Shown: positions 41,006 to 55,240 of the stretch, piece after piece
How positions within the stretch are numbered: the first letter of the stretch is position 1
Layout of the letters: each line of letters starts with the position of its first letter
NCBI RefSeq assembly: GCF_009914755.1
Contig: NC_060931.1
DNA length: 64,000 nucleotides
Direction: 5' to 3' (one strand)
From: the human T2T-CHM13v2.0 reference genome, Homo sapiens
Program-made: the position numbers and the translations under genes
Notes under the pieces: generated by a model
Told to the model about the DNA's origin: nothing
Database searches by the model: none
The model's input: only the letters and a program-made list of their open reading frames with translations

Positions 41006-41800
41006 AAGGCCGCACTTTTGAAGGGAGGAGCATTAAATTGTGGACGTATTTTAACCACCATAGTAGGCCTGACTCCACACCTACTAAATCAAACTCTCTG
41101 GGTATAGTAATTTTCATTTTTAAGATTCTCTCAAATGATTTTTATACACACTTAAAATAGAGGACAACTGGGTATCTAGAAGTAAATGAATGCTATCATG
41201 GCACTATACTAGTTTATTTAAAAGGCCAGATGTTTTTCACATGTTTAGCATTCTAAATATTTGAGGTTTGTGGATGAGGTCACTTGGAAGTAAAAAAAAA
41301 ATTTTTTTTCAGGTTTGCGCTTAGGCACTAAATCATATACTAGGTAATATAGTACACTCTGCTCAGACTGCATTTTATCTGGATGGGCCCTTAGCTTTTT
41401 TTCTGTTGCTCATTCAGGCAGATGAGCCCCACTCTAATGTAGCCTGTGGTATCTGACCAGCTGCTCTCAGTGCATATAGCCCAAGCAGGAGCTGTAGCTC
41501 CTGATTAGAAAGAATGAAGTATATGTCTGGGCAGGGCAAGCCAAAAGGGATTCTGAGGTTCTTGTCTCAAGATCCAGGGTGAACCAGGCACCATCTGATG
41601 ATGGTCTTTGGCTCATTGGCTCCTACAGCTGCATACTTTGTTAGGAGACATGAGGGGTACAGAACCAGGAGTTTGCAAAGAACAATCATTTGCCTTCTGG
41701 AGCCCTTCTAACCTGGACATCACACCCTTTTGATGTTAAATGACAGACGTCTGGCTCTGTGTGACATCATACCTATCTTATCTTAGTGTACCTCAGCTAA

Positions 41801-42156
<356 letters not shown>

Positions 42157-42964
42157 GATCATAGACATCATTTTCTTACCTTCCCATTCACATTAGCTCT
42201 TAGCCATCTGAATGCATGCCTACAAGGAATGCAATTGGTTGCTTAAGAACGGAGGAAACATGTTATGGAAATCTATACTTCTCTTCAAATGTTTGTACCA
42301 CTCACCTACCCAATTCCCTTCCCACCCCAATCAAAAGACAAATACCCATGCTCAGAACCTGGGGGCTCACATTTTACCTGAAATTCCACAAGTAACAGAA
42401 GCACACATTTAGGGGATAAAACCCTAGAGAGAGAGTAACACAATCCTGGCTGCCATCTCAGAACAAGAGAGCATTGTACCCAGAGTCCATGATCACATAC
42501 TGGAATGACTGTGTGACGGAGCTGACATGCCCCAATAGGTACAACAGATTGTTCTGCTTGTAACCAATCAATACCACAATTAACAAATATTTATTGAACA
42601 CCCCGGAAGCACCCTGGTATATACTGTCCTCATCAGCTATTTGTTAGAATAACACGAAACCTCCTGATCCTCTGTCTGCCTTCAGGCTTGCCTCTGCCCC
42701 AATAAAATCAATTCTCTACATCAAAACCAGAGTGACTTTTCCTAAAATATACACATTTGACCAGGTCATTTACCTTGAAATGTTCTGGTTGATGTTCAGC
42801 ATCCAGATAAAGCCCACACTTCCCAGCATGACCTAAGAACCTGACCGTGTGACTCTGCTTCCCTCTTACAGCTTCTCCACACATGTTCCAGCGTCCAGGC
42901 ACTCTCCACTCCTCGTGCCTCCCACCATGCCCACCTCTCTTGTCCTTCCCATCTTTATGTGCCA

Positions 42965-43210
42965 CATAACAGCGGCTAAGAGTGCCGGCGTCAGAGCTCA
43001 TAAGGCTTTGATTCAAAACCCAACTCTATGACTTAATAATTGTAGAGTCTTGGGTAAATTACTGGATGTTTCTGAGCCTCAGATTCTTCGTATACAAAAA
43101 TAAACCACCAGCCTCACAGGATTCTCATAAGGATTAACTGTGATCATATTTAAAATGTTTAGCACAGTGCCTAGCCCATAATTAAGACTGAGTAAATATT
43201 GCTATTGCTA
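42965..43210 (+). mobile_element. MIR, preceded by L2-like sequence (about 42640-42960)
   Basis: tcttgggtaaattact...tctgagcctcag...tttagcacagtgcctagcccataattaag. Confidence 0.75.
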
Positions 43211-45589
43211 TATTGATGTATGGAAAGCCCTTGGCACACAGTAGTTGTTTAATTAAAAAAAAAAAAAGATCCTTGTCTCCGGGAGCCTCAGTTTTTTTTT
43301 GATCATTGGAACTTCTCAGTGTGACATTCAGAGTTTGATATAGGAGTGGGGATGGCATTGGTGTGGGTAGAGAACTAGGGTTTTGAGGGAAAGAGAGAGA
43401 AAGTTGATAGGAGGAGCATAGATGTAAAAACCATTGTGTGTTTCCATGTGATCTTCCTTCCGTTTGAATATGACTAAAAATGTCATTCGTTTTGGGGCAG
43501 GGAAAAATGGTAGACTAGGATTCGGAAGAAACTGACATTCTGACGTTGAGTAAGTCACTGCTTTGCGCCTTTATTAGTTCATATGTAAAATTGGTTCATC
43601 AGATACTGTTTTTGAGAGCTTTTTAAAGACTAGAAAACATAACGTGAAATAAAATGACAATATTATACCCCTAATTCTACATTTACAGCATATTCAACAT
43701 TTTTTTGAAAGCAACATTTTTGTTTACACATAACAGATGCTGAAGCACACAGCCCCCTAGAAATGGAGGTTGCCAGGAGGATAAAGAAGATCATGAATGC
43801 TGCCAGTGTCTCTAATCTTTGCCCTCATTCCTTGTGTGTCTCTCATTTGAGAAGTTCTCACCTTTCCTGGGGGTTCTCTGGCCAGAGTGTTTTTACTCTG
43901 CACCACTCTACCTGCCGTTGACTGGGTTACCTTCATAAAAGAGGAATCTGAAGGGCCTTATGGGAAGAGTACTGCTGGTGGACACATGGAATCAGGAAGC
44001 ATAGTTTGAAATCTAGCACAGATTAAAACTTGACCTAACACTCAAAAGGTTTTCTTCTCTGTGATCTAGGGCTCTCTGTGGTCACCATATTGCATCACTA
44101 TGAGGTTTAAGATGAATGTGTGGGTACCTAGCAAAGGTCTGGCATGTGATGGATACAGGACAGTCTTGTCTTTTCCTACTTGGACACCTGAGATAGTTCC
44201 CCAGTGTACCCTGAATATCTGAATCCAAAATCTTCAGTCAAGAAGGAGCCTCTACGGACTAGATCCAAGCCTCCCTTTCTGATCTTATTTCTATTCATTA
44301 CCTTCATGCTCCCCCTCCCGTCCATAATAATTATCCTCCAGACTCAAGGCCCTTCACGTGATTTTTAGTTTATTACACCTTAGCTTTTCCTTTCTTCTGT
44401 ATAGACTTTGCTGTACCTGCAATAAGTGATACCTTTCCCAGGTCCATGGGACTTGAAAATCCTGTTTCCATCAAGCTTTTCCGCAAACCACCCCTCCTCA
44501 CCAGGTGGGAGCCATCGTTCATTCCCTGTTCCCCCAATGCATGTTGTTTTGCTTCTATTATAGCTCTTATCACAGTCTGCCTTGTAGCATAGTCATTTCT
44601 GTGTGTTTTCCCTCTGGATTCGGAGCCCCTGGAGGGCAAAGACTATGTTTTATTTTATGCTGTATTTCCCCACCCCCACAGTGCCTAGTGCAGTAGGGGT
44701 TTGGTAAATACTGCTTGAATCAATGCATGAATGAAATTGCCTCTCCTAGTTCTGTTTGCAAGGCTGTAATGCAGACCAGGTGAATGTAGAATTTTGGCTT
44801 ACTGGATTTAGTTTAGCATAGGAAGGGAGTTTTCCAAGAAGCAATAGTGGTTTTGAAAACAGAAATTGCCTTTAATCTTGTGGAAAACATATGCCAGCCC
44901 TCTCCATAATAGTCTCAATTACAGGAGAGCATCGTGTTACTGTAAAAACACAAATAAATAAACCCATGACAATACTGTGTTTGGGAGATAAAAACCACAT
45001 AAAAGCCATCTTTCCCCAACTCTCCAGCATCATAATTAGGGTATTTCTGGGAGGAGAAAAAAAAGACACCAGCAAAAAACAAGTGATACTATGTTTAAGA
45101 ACACTTCTTGCTATTGGCAAGATGGGAGTAGGGAGTTAGATTTTCCATACAGCACAAATACAAGGGTTCTTCCCAGCTCCTACCAGGCTTGATGCTATAT
45201 AGATTACACTGCATGATAAATTTGGGCACTAGAGGTGCCAAAGATGGTGGCAGAACCTGGAGGGCAGAAAATGTCACCCAGAAGGTGATGCTGTGAAATT
45301 TATTGCTCTGCCACACTTTACCTAAACATGTCCTATTATTCTGAATGCTGGGTCTTCATTGGCTCAGGGATGCCCTTGGTGCGTCCGTTGCCATGGGCTA
45401 CAACTTTCAACTGTATTTTGTTTATTGCTGGTCATTTAAGTCTCTATCTGGTTTTTTTTTCTTTTAACTTGAGGGCTCCAGATTTAGGTTCTTTTGAGGT
45501 AAGAGTAGGAATGACTTTGAAATATTGCCTACTTTTGTCAGTATTAGTTAACAAGCACTGAGGGCTGAATGACACTGAACAGAACCCAG

Positions 45590-46080
45590 CCATTTCTCAG
45601 CACCTCTGTTGCCACTACCCTGGTCTGAGTTGCCATCATGTTTCACCTGGACTGCCTCAGTAGCCTCCCACCTGACCTCTTTGCTCCTACTTTGCCTCCC
45701 TGCAGAGTGTTCTTCACTCAGCAACCAGAGTGGCCCTTTTAAAATGTACTTTAGATCATATCACTCCTCAGTTCAAAATCCTCCAGAGTGCCTCCCATTT
45801 CACTAAGAATGCAATTCAAAGACCTTACTTACCATGGCCTACAAGACACTGCACGGTCTAGTGCCTGCTATCTCTCACCCCATCTCCTACTATCCCCTTA
45901 GATTAATCCTCTCTGACCCTTCAGCTTGCTTGCTGTTCTTGAACCTGGTCAAGCATTTCCCAACTCAGAGTCTTTGCATTATTGTTCTCTTAGCCTGGAA
46001 CATTTGGTCCCAGATATAAACACATGGTTCATACTCTCACTTCCTTCAGGCCCCTGAGTGTCACCTTGTTGGGGAGGTCC
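45590..46080 (+). mobile_element. L2 fragment
   Basis: ccatcatgtttcacctggactgc...agatcatatcactcctcagttcaaaatcctccag...catggcctacaag. Confidence 0.8.
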
Positions 46081-47219
46081 TGTCCACCTGTATTTCTATT
46101 GCTGGAGCAAGCACTTAGGAAGTCTTTGTTGGAATTGTGAATAAGCATTGCCCAGAGATTCTAGCACATTTGGAAAAAGAGAGTGTGGTTTAGAAGGACA
46201 GTGGCTCTGGAGTTGGAGCAGTTGGGCACTGCTGGGTTTGCCTGCCCCCCATTGGATAGATGGCTGATGTTGGGAAAATTATTTAACCTTTCTAAGCCTA
46301 GGTTTCTCTACTAGTTAAATGAGATTATGTCTATCTCTCAGAATCGTTGTGAAGAGTAAGTCAGATAATGACTGCAAAGTGCTTGGCAATGAGTCTTGTA
46401 CACATACTGGGAGGCTTCCTAAATACCACTTCTCACAAATCCTACTTCCTGCTTGTGAAATCATGTTATATGGAAGAAGGGGAGTGTCTGAAAATGGTTT
46501 GAATCTTGTGTGTAATTCTCAAGTACCAGCAAGTAGTTGTGATTATATTTAAAGCACCTAGCCCTGTGCTTGGCATATGGCAGGCCTTAATAAATACCCA
46601 AGTCTTCCTGCTTTTAATCATCAGACTTAGACTCTGGGTGTGAACTAAGGTAGCTCTGTGGGCACACAGGGATTTTGGTAAACAGAAAAAGAAGTCAGCA
46701 GCTGAGGTAGGGGTGGTTCACAGTCTTGCTTGTGGTTCAACAGGGACTGCATTTATGAAAATGGCAAGTGAGCCCAGGGCAATTGGAACTTTGGGCCTTG
46801 CCAGCAAGTGTGGTATTTCAGTTTACATCCTCAGAGTAAGTACAATTTCACCATTATTCCATTGAGGCTCTCCTTGCCAAGAAAAACCCATTGTAAATTT
46901 CTGGTTTAAAGGTTCTGCAGTTTTAGGGAGTTGTACTTTTTGTTGCTTTAACATTTTCTTGGCACCACACATTTTAAGCTGCACTGGCTTACCTTGTAAA
47001 TAGTATACACATTTTGTGAAAAGCTGAACCACGTCATTTGTTTTCCTATGTTCCTTATGGGAAATGGTGATGCTTCTGCCCCACTAGTTCCCCTGGGTTT
47101 CTGATCAGGCAGTTTGGAGTGAGAAAATGAGACTGAGACAAAATATAGATTGTCAGCAAGAGATTGGAGCTGTATTCACAAAAGCACTTTGTGGACATGG
47201 TAGAGCCAGGCAGGAGAGA

Positions 47220-47730
47220 AAAGTCTGTGGCCGGCAGGGTGTCTGTGTGACGTGGACCCATTGTGTGTATGGGCTCCTCCCGCTGTACCAGTGGCCAGCT
47301 CCCAGCCAGGCCACCCGGGCGAGGGCCTCTGAAGCAGAGAGCCCTGCACAGTCTGGAGCCGCTCTAACCCAGTGTACTGAATAGGACTCCAAAGAATAGG
47401 AGCTGTGTTCCCTTTGTCACCTGCAACCCTGCTTTCAGCCTGCACAGTGAATGTGCACTTGGGGGCTGAATTGGCACTTGGAAAAATCTGCAGGAACTTT
47501 GTGTGTGCACAGCGTGTGCCCAGCGGTATGGGCGAATGGAGCGTGCACGCTGGAGATGTCTGGGGGCTGGGTGCTTGCAGAGGAGGGCTGACCTCTTTAT
47601 GCTGCAGGGTTTGCCAAGAATGCTCCGCCCTTGACAGTGTTGTGGCCAACAGAAAAGCATTCGTGGCATCTTAATGAAAGGCAGCAGTTCCTTTTTTCAA
47701 GAATGATAGGCATTCTTTTCTTGAGCGAGG
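47220..47730. promoter_or_regulatory. CpG-retaining, GC-richer non-repeat segment (candidate enhancer)
   Basis: About 14 CpGs in 500 bp by hand count; TGACGTGG at 47248-47255; palindrome GCGTGCACGC at 47541-47550. Confidence 0.35.
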
Positions 47731-48083
47731 TCCCCATTTAGGGATGGAGAGAGAAGCCAATTATTTTTCAGTTAAAATTTATTTTTTAAAATAGTGATGC
47801 CTCAGTTGTAAATTACCCTGGCTTTGCCATGAAGACATTTACAGCTAGCCTTCTGACTTGGTTTTAAGTTGCTGCCTTGTAGAATAATAAAATAGTAGCC
47901 CAAACTGTGATAAGGCATCAAAGACTTTCATATCCTATCTGTGTAGCTGATGTGCGTTGCTCCATAGCTAGAAAATGGATATATTTTCTGAAAGGGAATG
48001 GGTGTATTTCCCTTTACCTTGCAGCTTGCACATAATCGAACACTTCTTTTATTGAAATTGGGGGTTTTCTCCCTTGGACTTAA

Positions 48084-48129
48084 TAAGGAGATATAGATAT
48101 CTATATATCTATATATCTATATCTCCTTA
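48084..48129. repeat. 17-bp perfect inverted repeat around a TA/TC microsatellite
   Basis: taaggagatatagatat-(12 nt)-atatctatatctcctta. Confidence 0.92.
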
Positions 48130-48246
48130 AGAGGGAGTTTCATAAGTTCAAAAGTTGTCAGGTTGAAAGGATTGAGGTATTGGAAACAACAATCTTAAAG
48201 TTACCTTTGGAATGATAGATCTTTGAAAAAAACAGGTAGTTTATAG

Positions 48247-48573
<327 letters not shown>

Positions 48574-49679
48574 GACTACTTTTTTAAATGCTTCAATGAA
48601 ACTTAACATGATGACCTACACATTTCAGCTGCGCATATGTTCTACCTGTTAATGGTGAGATACAACAGAGCCATCTTTGACTACTTCACGCTGTTTACTC
48701 TAAGAGGCCTGTATCATTAGATGACTTCCTGTTGGAAGCAGTAATTTGTGTTTGGACTTGGGTGACTGTCAGTATGAATCTAGCCAAGAAAGGTCATGTC
48801 ACCTGCTACACAGTTTGCTAGAGGGAATACAGGCCAAGCCTTTTGCCTCTGAAATCAAAGTACTGTAGAAGGTGTAATAGAAATGATGCCTAGGTTTGTG
48901 TATTCAGGGCCTGAGTTTCTGATTAAAGCTGTTAACAATGGGGGCAAGCTTTCCCCGTGGGAGACAGGCTTCTTGGATCTAAACCTTTCTGACATCTCAA
49001 AGCTTTATTTCCTGATGATTTCTAAAAGGGAAGGAGCCAGCCCCTTGAAATTAAAATATCGACTTACATTCCGTTCTCCCCAGACGGAAGAATATTAGCA
49101 GATTGAATCAGTTGGGGTTAGTACTTTCTTTTATGTGTTAAACTCAGTTATTCTGGCTAAGATCAGATTTTTGTCTAGGACGGAGCTGAAACACATGCGG
49201 AATCTTGTTGGTTGAGGGCTGGAAACGAAGGTTGGCTTCACACAGGTTGCTTCTCCAAACCGTAGGTAAGCTCTTCGGCCCCGTGCACAGCATTCACAGC
49301 TGCTGTCTGCTGCGCTTTCTTGCTCCATCCTGTCTAGTCTCAGAAGTTTCATGGTACTAATATCTTGGATCCTTACAAAGGACTGACTTTTGACCCAGTT
49401 GACTGATAACTATAGAGTACTTTACAGTTTACCAAGAGCTTTCCTTCATGTTTGCTCTTTACATCAAAATTACAAGATGGGTTTTATTATCCACATTCTT
49501 TTTGTAGATATGAGGGCCAGAGAGGTTATGAGTTAGCCAAAGTCTATCCAGTAATTGACAGAGCCAAGATTCTAGGCTGGGACATCTGATTCCAAATCTA
49601 CTGCTCTTCATGCTCCTTTATACTGCAGCTACTTACCTGCTCAAAGTATGTCATTCACTCATTCGTTCAGCAAGTTCTT

Positions 49680-49880
49680 GGTGGCATGGGCTTTGAAGCC
49701 AGACAGCTGGGTCCCAGTATCTGCTCACTAGCTTTGTGACCTCTGTTACCTCTTGGAACCTCAGTTCTTTCATCAGCAAAATGAAGATAGTAATAGTACC
49801 TATCTAGGAAGGCTGTTGTGGAGTCCTTTAAACAGTGCTCTGGACATAGCAAATACTCCATAAATGTTTGCCATTCTTCT
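49680..49880 (+). mobile_element. MIR (an opposite-strand MIR lies at about 49410-49610)
   Basis: tttgaagccagacagctgggt...ctagctttgtgacct...aaaatgaagatagtaatagtacctatc. Confidence 0.75.
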
Positions 49881-52439
49881 TCATCATGGGCTCACTCAGT
49901 GGTACAGGGACTCCACACCAGTGACAGCACTGCTGTTGAGGATCACTTGTTCTGATGCAAATATGAAAATAGAAGACTGACAATTGCATAGTAAAGGGAT
50001 TGCTAAGATATAAGCAGGATGCTGGGGAAGCTTGAAGGATGAACAGCTGTGTTTTCGATTGCCAAGAACTCGGCTCTCTAGCAGCTCACCCTTGTTGCCT
50101 CTACCCCTATTTGGTCACATTCCTGTCTTACTCATTCCTTGCTGAAGGCAGTATTTAATGTGCAGGGGTTTTATGGGTACTTTGTGTATAACCTCTTTGA
50201 GGAGGAAGAGAAGGAGAGTATGTCTGGCTAAGGGAACCTTAGTGGTCATTTGGGATTATAAGACCTATATTTAACAGTTGGAGGACTGTTCAAGACAAAA
50301 TAGATTCCAAGGTTCTGGTGTGCAGTGTTCTGTCTGAGCACCACAGGATATCATATGTGAGTGGCTTCCAGTGGGTTGCTGAGGGAGGGGACTTTGTGGG
50401 GGAAGTAGGCCTTGAGTTGGACCTGAAAGAAATGAGGATTTGGATTATGAGTAGCAGAAGCGTGGAGAGCTGGGCAGAGGTGGAGTTATGATATTTAAAC
50501 CATGGCCTGCCTTGGGTGGCGGGACAGCCCTGCCCGGGGATGTGGGTGGTCCAGGAGGCAGGTGCTGTCCCCTCCTGCATGAGAACCTGCCTCTGGACCC
50601 CAACAGGATGCACACAGCTTATCCCCACCCTCTGCAAAGCTACCTAATAATATCTTTGTGTTTATGGTAATGTTTTTTGCTGATTTGGTGGGAGATAAAA
50701 CCTAGAGAGACCCACAGCATGGATGCTAGGTCTGAGTGGGTCTGTGAGCTGCAACCTAGCTGCAGCCCCTTTGTTTGTGAGCTGTTTGCCTGCATTTAAA
50801 TGCCATTTACATAAGGAGCTGTCAGAGTTGAGTTGGCCCATGATTATTCCTTGATGTATGTTGAAAAAAGAGAAGAAAAGAAAACCCTGGCTAATGAGGA
50901 GCTGGGTTCCTTTTCTCCATTGATGACAGCTTCCTTTCTGATCTGATGGTCCGTCAGAAACTAAGGTGGTGTGTGACTGTGGGGTTATGTCCCCGCTGAA
51001 GCCGTCTTTTCCTCAGAGTTGTAATTGATGGGGAGACCTGTCACTTGTTATGCTGATGCTGTGCAGATTTTTGTGCAGCTGCCAGCCAAGAGAGTTGTAG
51101 GACAGCATCTGATTGGGTGCAGGTTGTGGCAAAAATGATAATAAATAGAGAGCTGGTGAGGGTAGATTTTGATTGACCCGAGATTGTATATTATTAAACT
51201 GGAGTCTGCATGTACATGTCAGTTTATGAAGAACCAGACCCATAATCCAACTTTAGGACTGTGGCAGTTCGGGTTTATTAAATGTGCTTTATATCACTAT
51301 TAATATTGAGGAGCAAAGAGGAATATCTGTAATCTTTTAATCTATGCAATAATGGTTTGGAGGGAGATTACCAGATACATTGGACTATTGTTTGTCTATA
51401 ATTGTATTCAGAACTCTCCGAAGCATTGATTTGTTTCTGGCATGCTGATTTGGCTCAGCAGTCTCATAAAGCTCTTTTATAGTCCTCTTTGCTTTGTGTT
51501 TTCCAAAAATAATTGGAGAATAATAATAATGTGGCTGGCGATAAAGAAGAGAGAGTAAGGTTGAAAGCAAATTTCTAGCCGAGTGGATAGCCATAAACAT
51601 CTTCTATGCTCATAAACACCTGGGTCTGTGACCTTTGTGTTTATAAGATATTTATCGCCTCATGGGCTCTCTGTTTGGGGGTTACCACTTCAGTGCCTTG
51701 TAAAATTTGATTGTGTTTAGTAAGTAGATTCTGAATTTTTGCTGAGTAGGGAAAAAGTGCCCCTCACCTTTGTTTTCTTTGGAACAACCAATCTGCCAAG
51801 AGGGGCAGATCTCACCAAGGACAGGAGCAGAGAGCTTGGGTGTGCCTGAGTTTTGTGGAAATGGTACAGTGGGACCCAGTAAGGGTATCTTTTGTACTTG
51901 ATTAAGTGGCTTGTGATGGAAATGACTTTTGAACGGAAGGGAATTGTGCAACACATCAAATAAACTCAAGCAGTGTCGATGGGTTTTCCTTTTCCAGTAG
52001 AAATGGAATTTTTGATTCAAGTCGAGGAAGCTTTCTTGGGATTTGGATTTTTGCCACTTCCTCACCCTTTCTTCCCATTTCCAAAACAGGCCTGAGGAAA
52101 TGAGCCAGAGAAATGGTCAAATTCAGTTTCATTGACTTTAATACGAAGGTATGACTAAGTGCTGCAAAAGCACAGTTGTCTTCTATCTTCAGCAGTCCTC
52201 TAAACATTTCTTAGGGAAGTTTTAGGCACTTTGTCAACCTCTATTGTCCTCCTGATGGTGTTGCTTAATTACTCTTGAAGGAAACAGTTGGATTCCTGTG
52301 AACTGATGACAGGTGTATGCTGAGCTGCCTGTGTAAACTATTGGCTGCCTGTTCATGTTGTGCACAGTGGATCAGAGGCATATGGGAGAATGTGCCAAAA
52401 CGGGAATCTTAAGGGAGTTTTTTAAAAAGTAAAAATTGT

Positions 52440-52676
52440 TTGCTTTTTTGCTGTGGTGCGAACATGGCTCACTTCCGCCTTGACGTGCTGAGCTCAAGTG
52501 ATCTTCCTGTGTCAGCTTCCCAAATAGCTGGGACCATAGGCACATGCCACTGAGCCTGGCTAATTTTAGTGTATTTTTGCAGAGACAGGGTCCCACTATG
52601 TTGCCTAAGTGGGCTCAAGTGATTCTCTGTGCCTTCCAAATCATTAGGAATACAGGCCTGAGCCACTGGGCCCAGC
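52440..52676 (-). mobile_element. Degenerate AluJ with deletions
   Basis: gctcaagtgatcttcctgtgtcagcttcccaaatagctggg...gagccactgggcccagcc. Confidence 0.85.
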
Positions 52677-53116
52677 CCCCAGTAAGCTTTATTATAACTC
52701 AACTAGCTTCATTATAACTAAAGTATGAGCCAGTCTTGAGGTGTATAGGACCTATATTTATCAAAGGAGACTGTTCTACCTAAGACTTAGTTTCTTGTCC
52801 TATGAGGTTAATTGCTGCTGCATTTCATGGAGTTTATGAGATGTGCTTCCCTCTGCCCTTCTTCAATCAGATGGTACTGCCTGGGAGTCATATACATGCA
52901 GGACTGATAAAGAGCGGCTCCCACAGTGGCAGTACCTACAGTGGACTGTGCTGTAGGTAAAGGGAAGCTCCATCACACTGGCATGTGGGAACTGGACTAA
53001 AAGGCCACGAATCCCCCAACACTTACTCTCTGCCCAGCTTTGTGAAATACAAAATAATTATGAGTTCCAGACTCCAGAGATGCTTTCCACCTAGTTGGGG
53101 AAGGAGAAGTTTAGGT

Positions 53117-53288
53117 CAGTGGTTCTCTAAGTTGGTCCCCAGACAAGGAGCACCCTAATTCTCTGGGGATTTGTTAGAATTGCAGATTTTGGGGCATCGC
53201 CCAGACTAACAGAATTGGAAACCATGGATGGTGTTTTACAAACTCTGCAGGTGATTCAGATTTATGCTAAAGTTTGACAACTCCTGCT
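53117..53288. mobile_element. MER5A-like fossil
   Basis: cagtggttctctaagttggtcc...ttgttagaattgcagatt...aaagtttgacaactcctg. Confidence 0.7.
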
Positions 53289-54027
53289 TTAGGTTCATCA
53301 GTTCCAGGGGGAATAAATGAGTAAACAAGGCACATAGAATTAAGGGCTTCCTATAGGGCACAGCGAAGGAGAGAATAAGGTGCTTTATAGCAGGATGCTA
53401 AGCTGGACTGTCAATCATGTGGGAAAGGGGTCAAAGACTGGAAGAGCAGGGATCATCAAGGCAGTGTTTGCTGGGGAGAGAAGTTATTGAGCCAGGTTTT
53501 GAGGACTGAATAGGAGAGAAAGAGGTAGAGTAGCATGAATGAGCTCAGATGTGATAGGGAGGGTTCTGTTCCTTCAAGAGCTTAGTTAAGTGTAGTGAAA
53601 ACACACACACACTCCGGACAAGAAAAATTAATGTAAAATCAACTATAGAACTTAGGCAGGTTTATGAAGAAGAAAATATATTCCTCACAAGTTGGATTCC
53701 TGTGAGTTCATCTCTTTTATTACCTCTGGCAATGGTGCAATTAATTGGGGCCAGGGCTCTGCACCTGGAAAGGCTTTATAACGTGAGATTCTCAAGAGGA
53801 AGATTTTATTTGCCTAAGGCTACTACTTTAAAAGTGAGAGAGGCACTCATGAAAATTAGGGGTAACTGTAAAAAGTGATAAGCTGCTCAACATAGATTCA
53901 GTGCCCAGTATGTATAAAGTGCTGTGTGTATACTGGAGAGAGGGAACTGGAATCTAACTTGGGGATGGGGGTGGATCCAGAGGAGTAGAGATATGAAGAA
54001 ATACACATTTAAGTCCAGTAAGTTTTT

Positions 54028-54718
<691 letters not shown>

Positions 54719-55113
54719 CTAGTAAGTTTTTGTTTTCCTTTAAAGGCAGAGGGGAGCCACTGAAGGTTATTGAGCAGGGAAGTAACAAGATTAGAGTTGT
54801 AATCATGAATCTAATTAAAAAATCAGTGACTGGAGGGAAGTAGATGGGTTAGAAGGCTAGTCTAGTTTTAATACTGTGAGGCAGATGAGAAGGGCTTGAA
54901 CTAGCAGAGTTCTAGAAAAATGGTGATGTAAGCAACAATAGAGTCATATTAGTTAAGGGTGAGAGGGAAGAAATATTTACAATTCACTGTGGACCAGCCA
55001 CTTATGCCTGTCATTGGTAGAGCTTAACCATCACAATTTTAGCAACACAGAGATTGATTTTTATAGAAGGTCCAAAGGATATGTAGCTTGGAGACATATT
55101 CAAGATTTGACTC

Positions 55114-55240
55114 ATGCTGGGTGTTATGGCTCACACCTGTAGTGGCTCACAGCTACCTGGTAGGTCAAGGTGGGAGGACTGTTTGAGCCCAGGAATTGGG
55201 ACCAGTTGGGCAACACAGCAAGATCTCATCTCCAAAAGCA
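55114..55240 (+). mobile_element. Ancient Alu monomer (FLAM/FAM-like)
   Basis: gctgggtgttatggctcacacctgtag...gggcaacacagcaagatctcatctc; TSD aagatttga(c/t)tca. Confidence 0.8.

Larger units (their letters stand above)
40101..41062 (-). mobile_element. MLT1-family (MaLR) LTR interrupted by a local duplication and an Alu
   Basis: tgtattagtt start; gtgggtcaggaatt; gtcatctgaatgtttgactggagctggag; aagatggctcattcatatggc; cttttgaagggaggag. Confidence 0.75.

Noticed and set aside
47127-47674. Overlapping ORFs up to 157 aa on both strands
   Set aside because: Expected from locally higher GC content; no recognisable domain or exon boundaries
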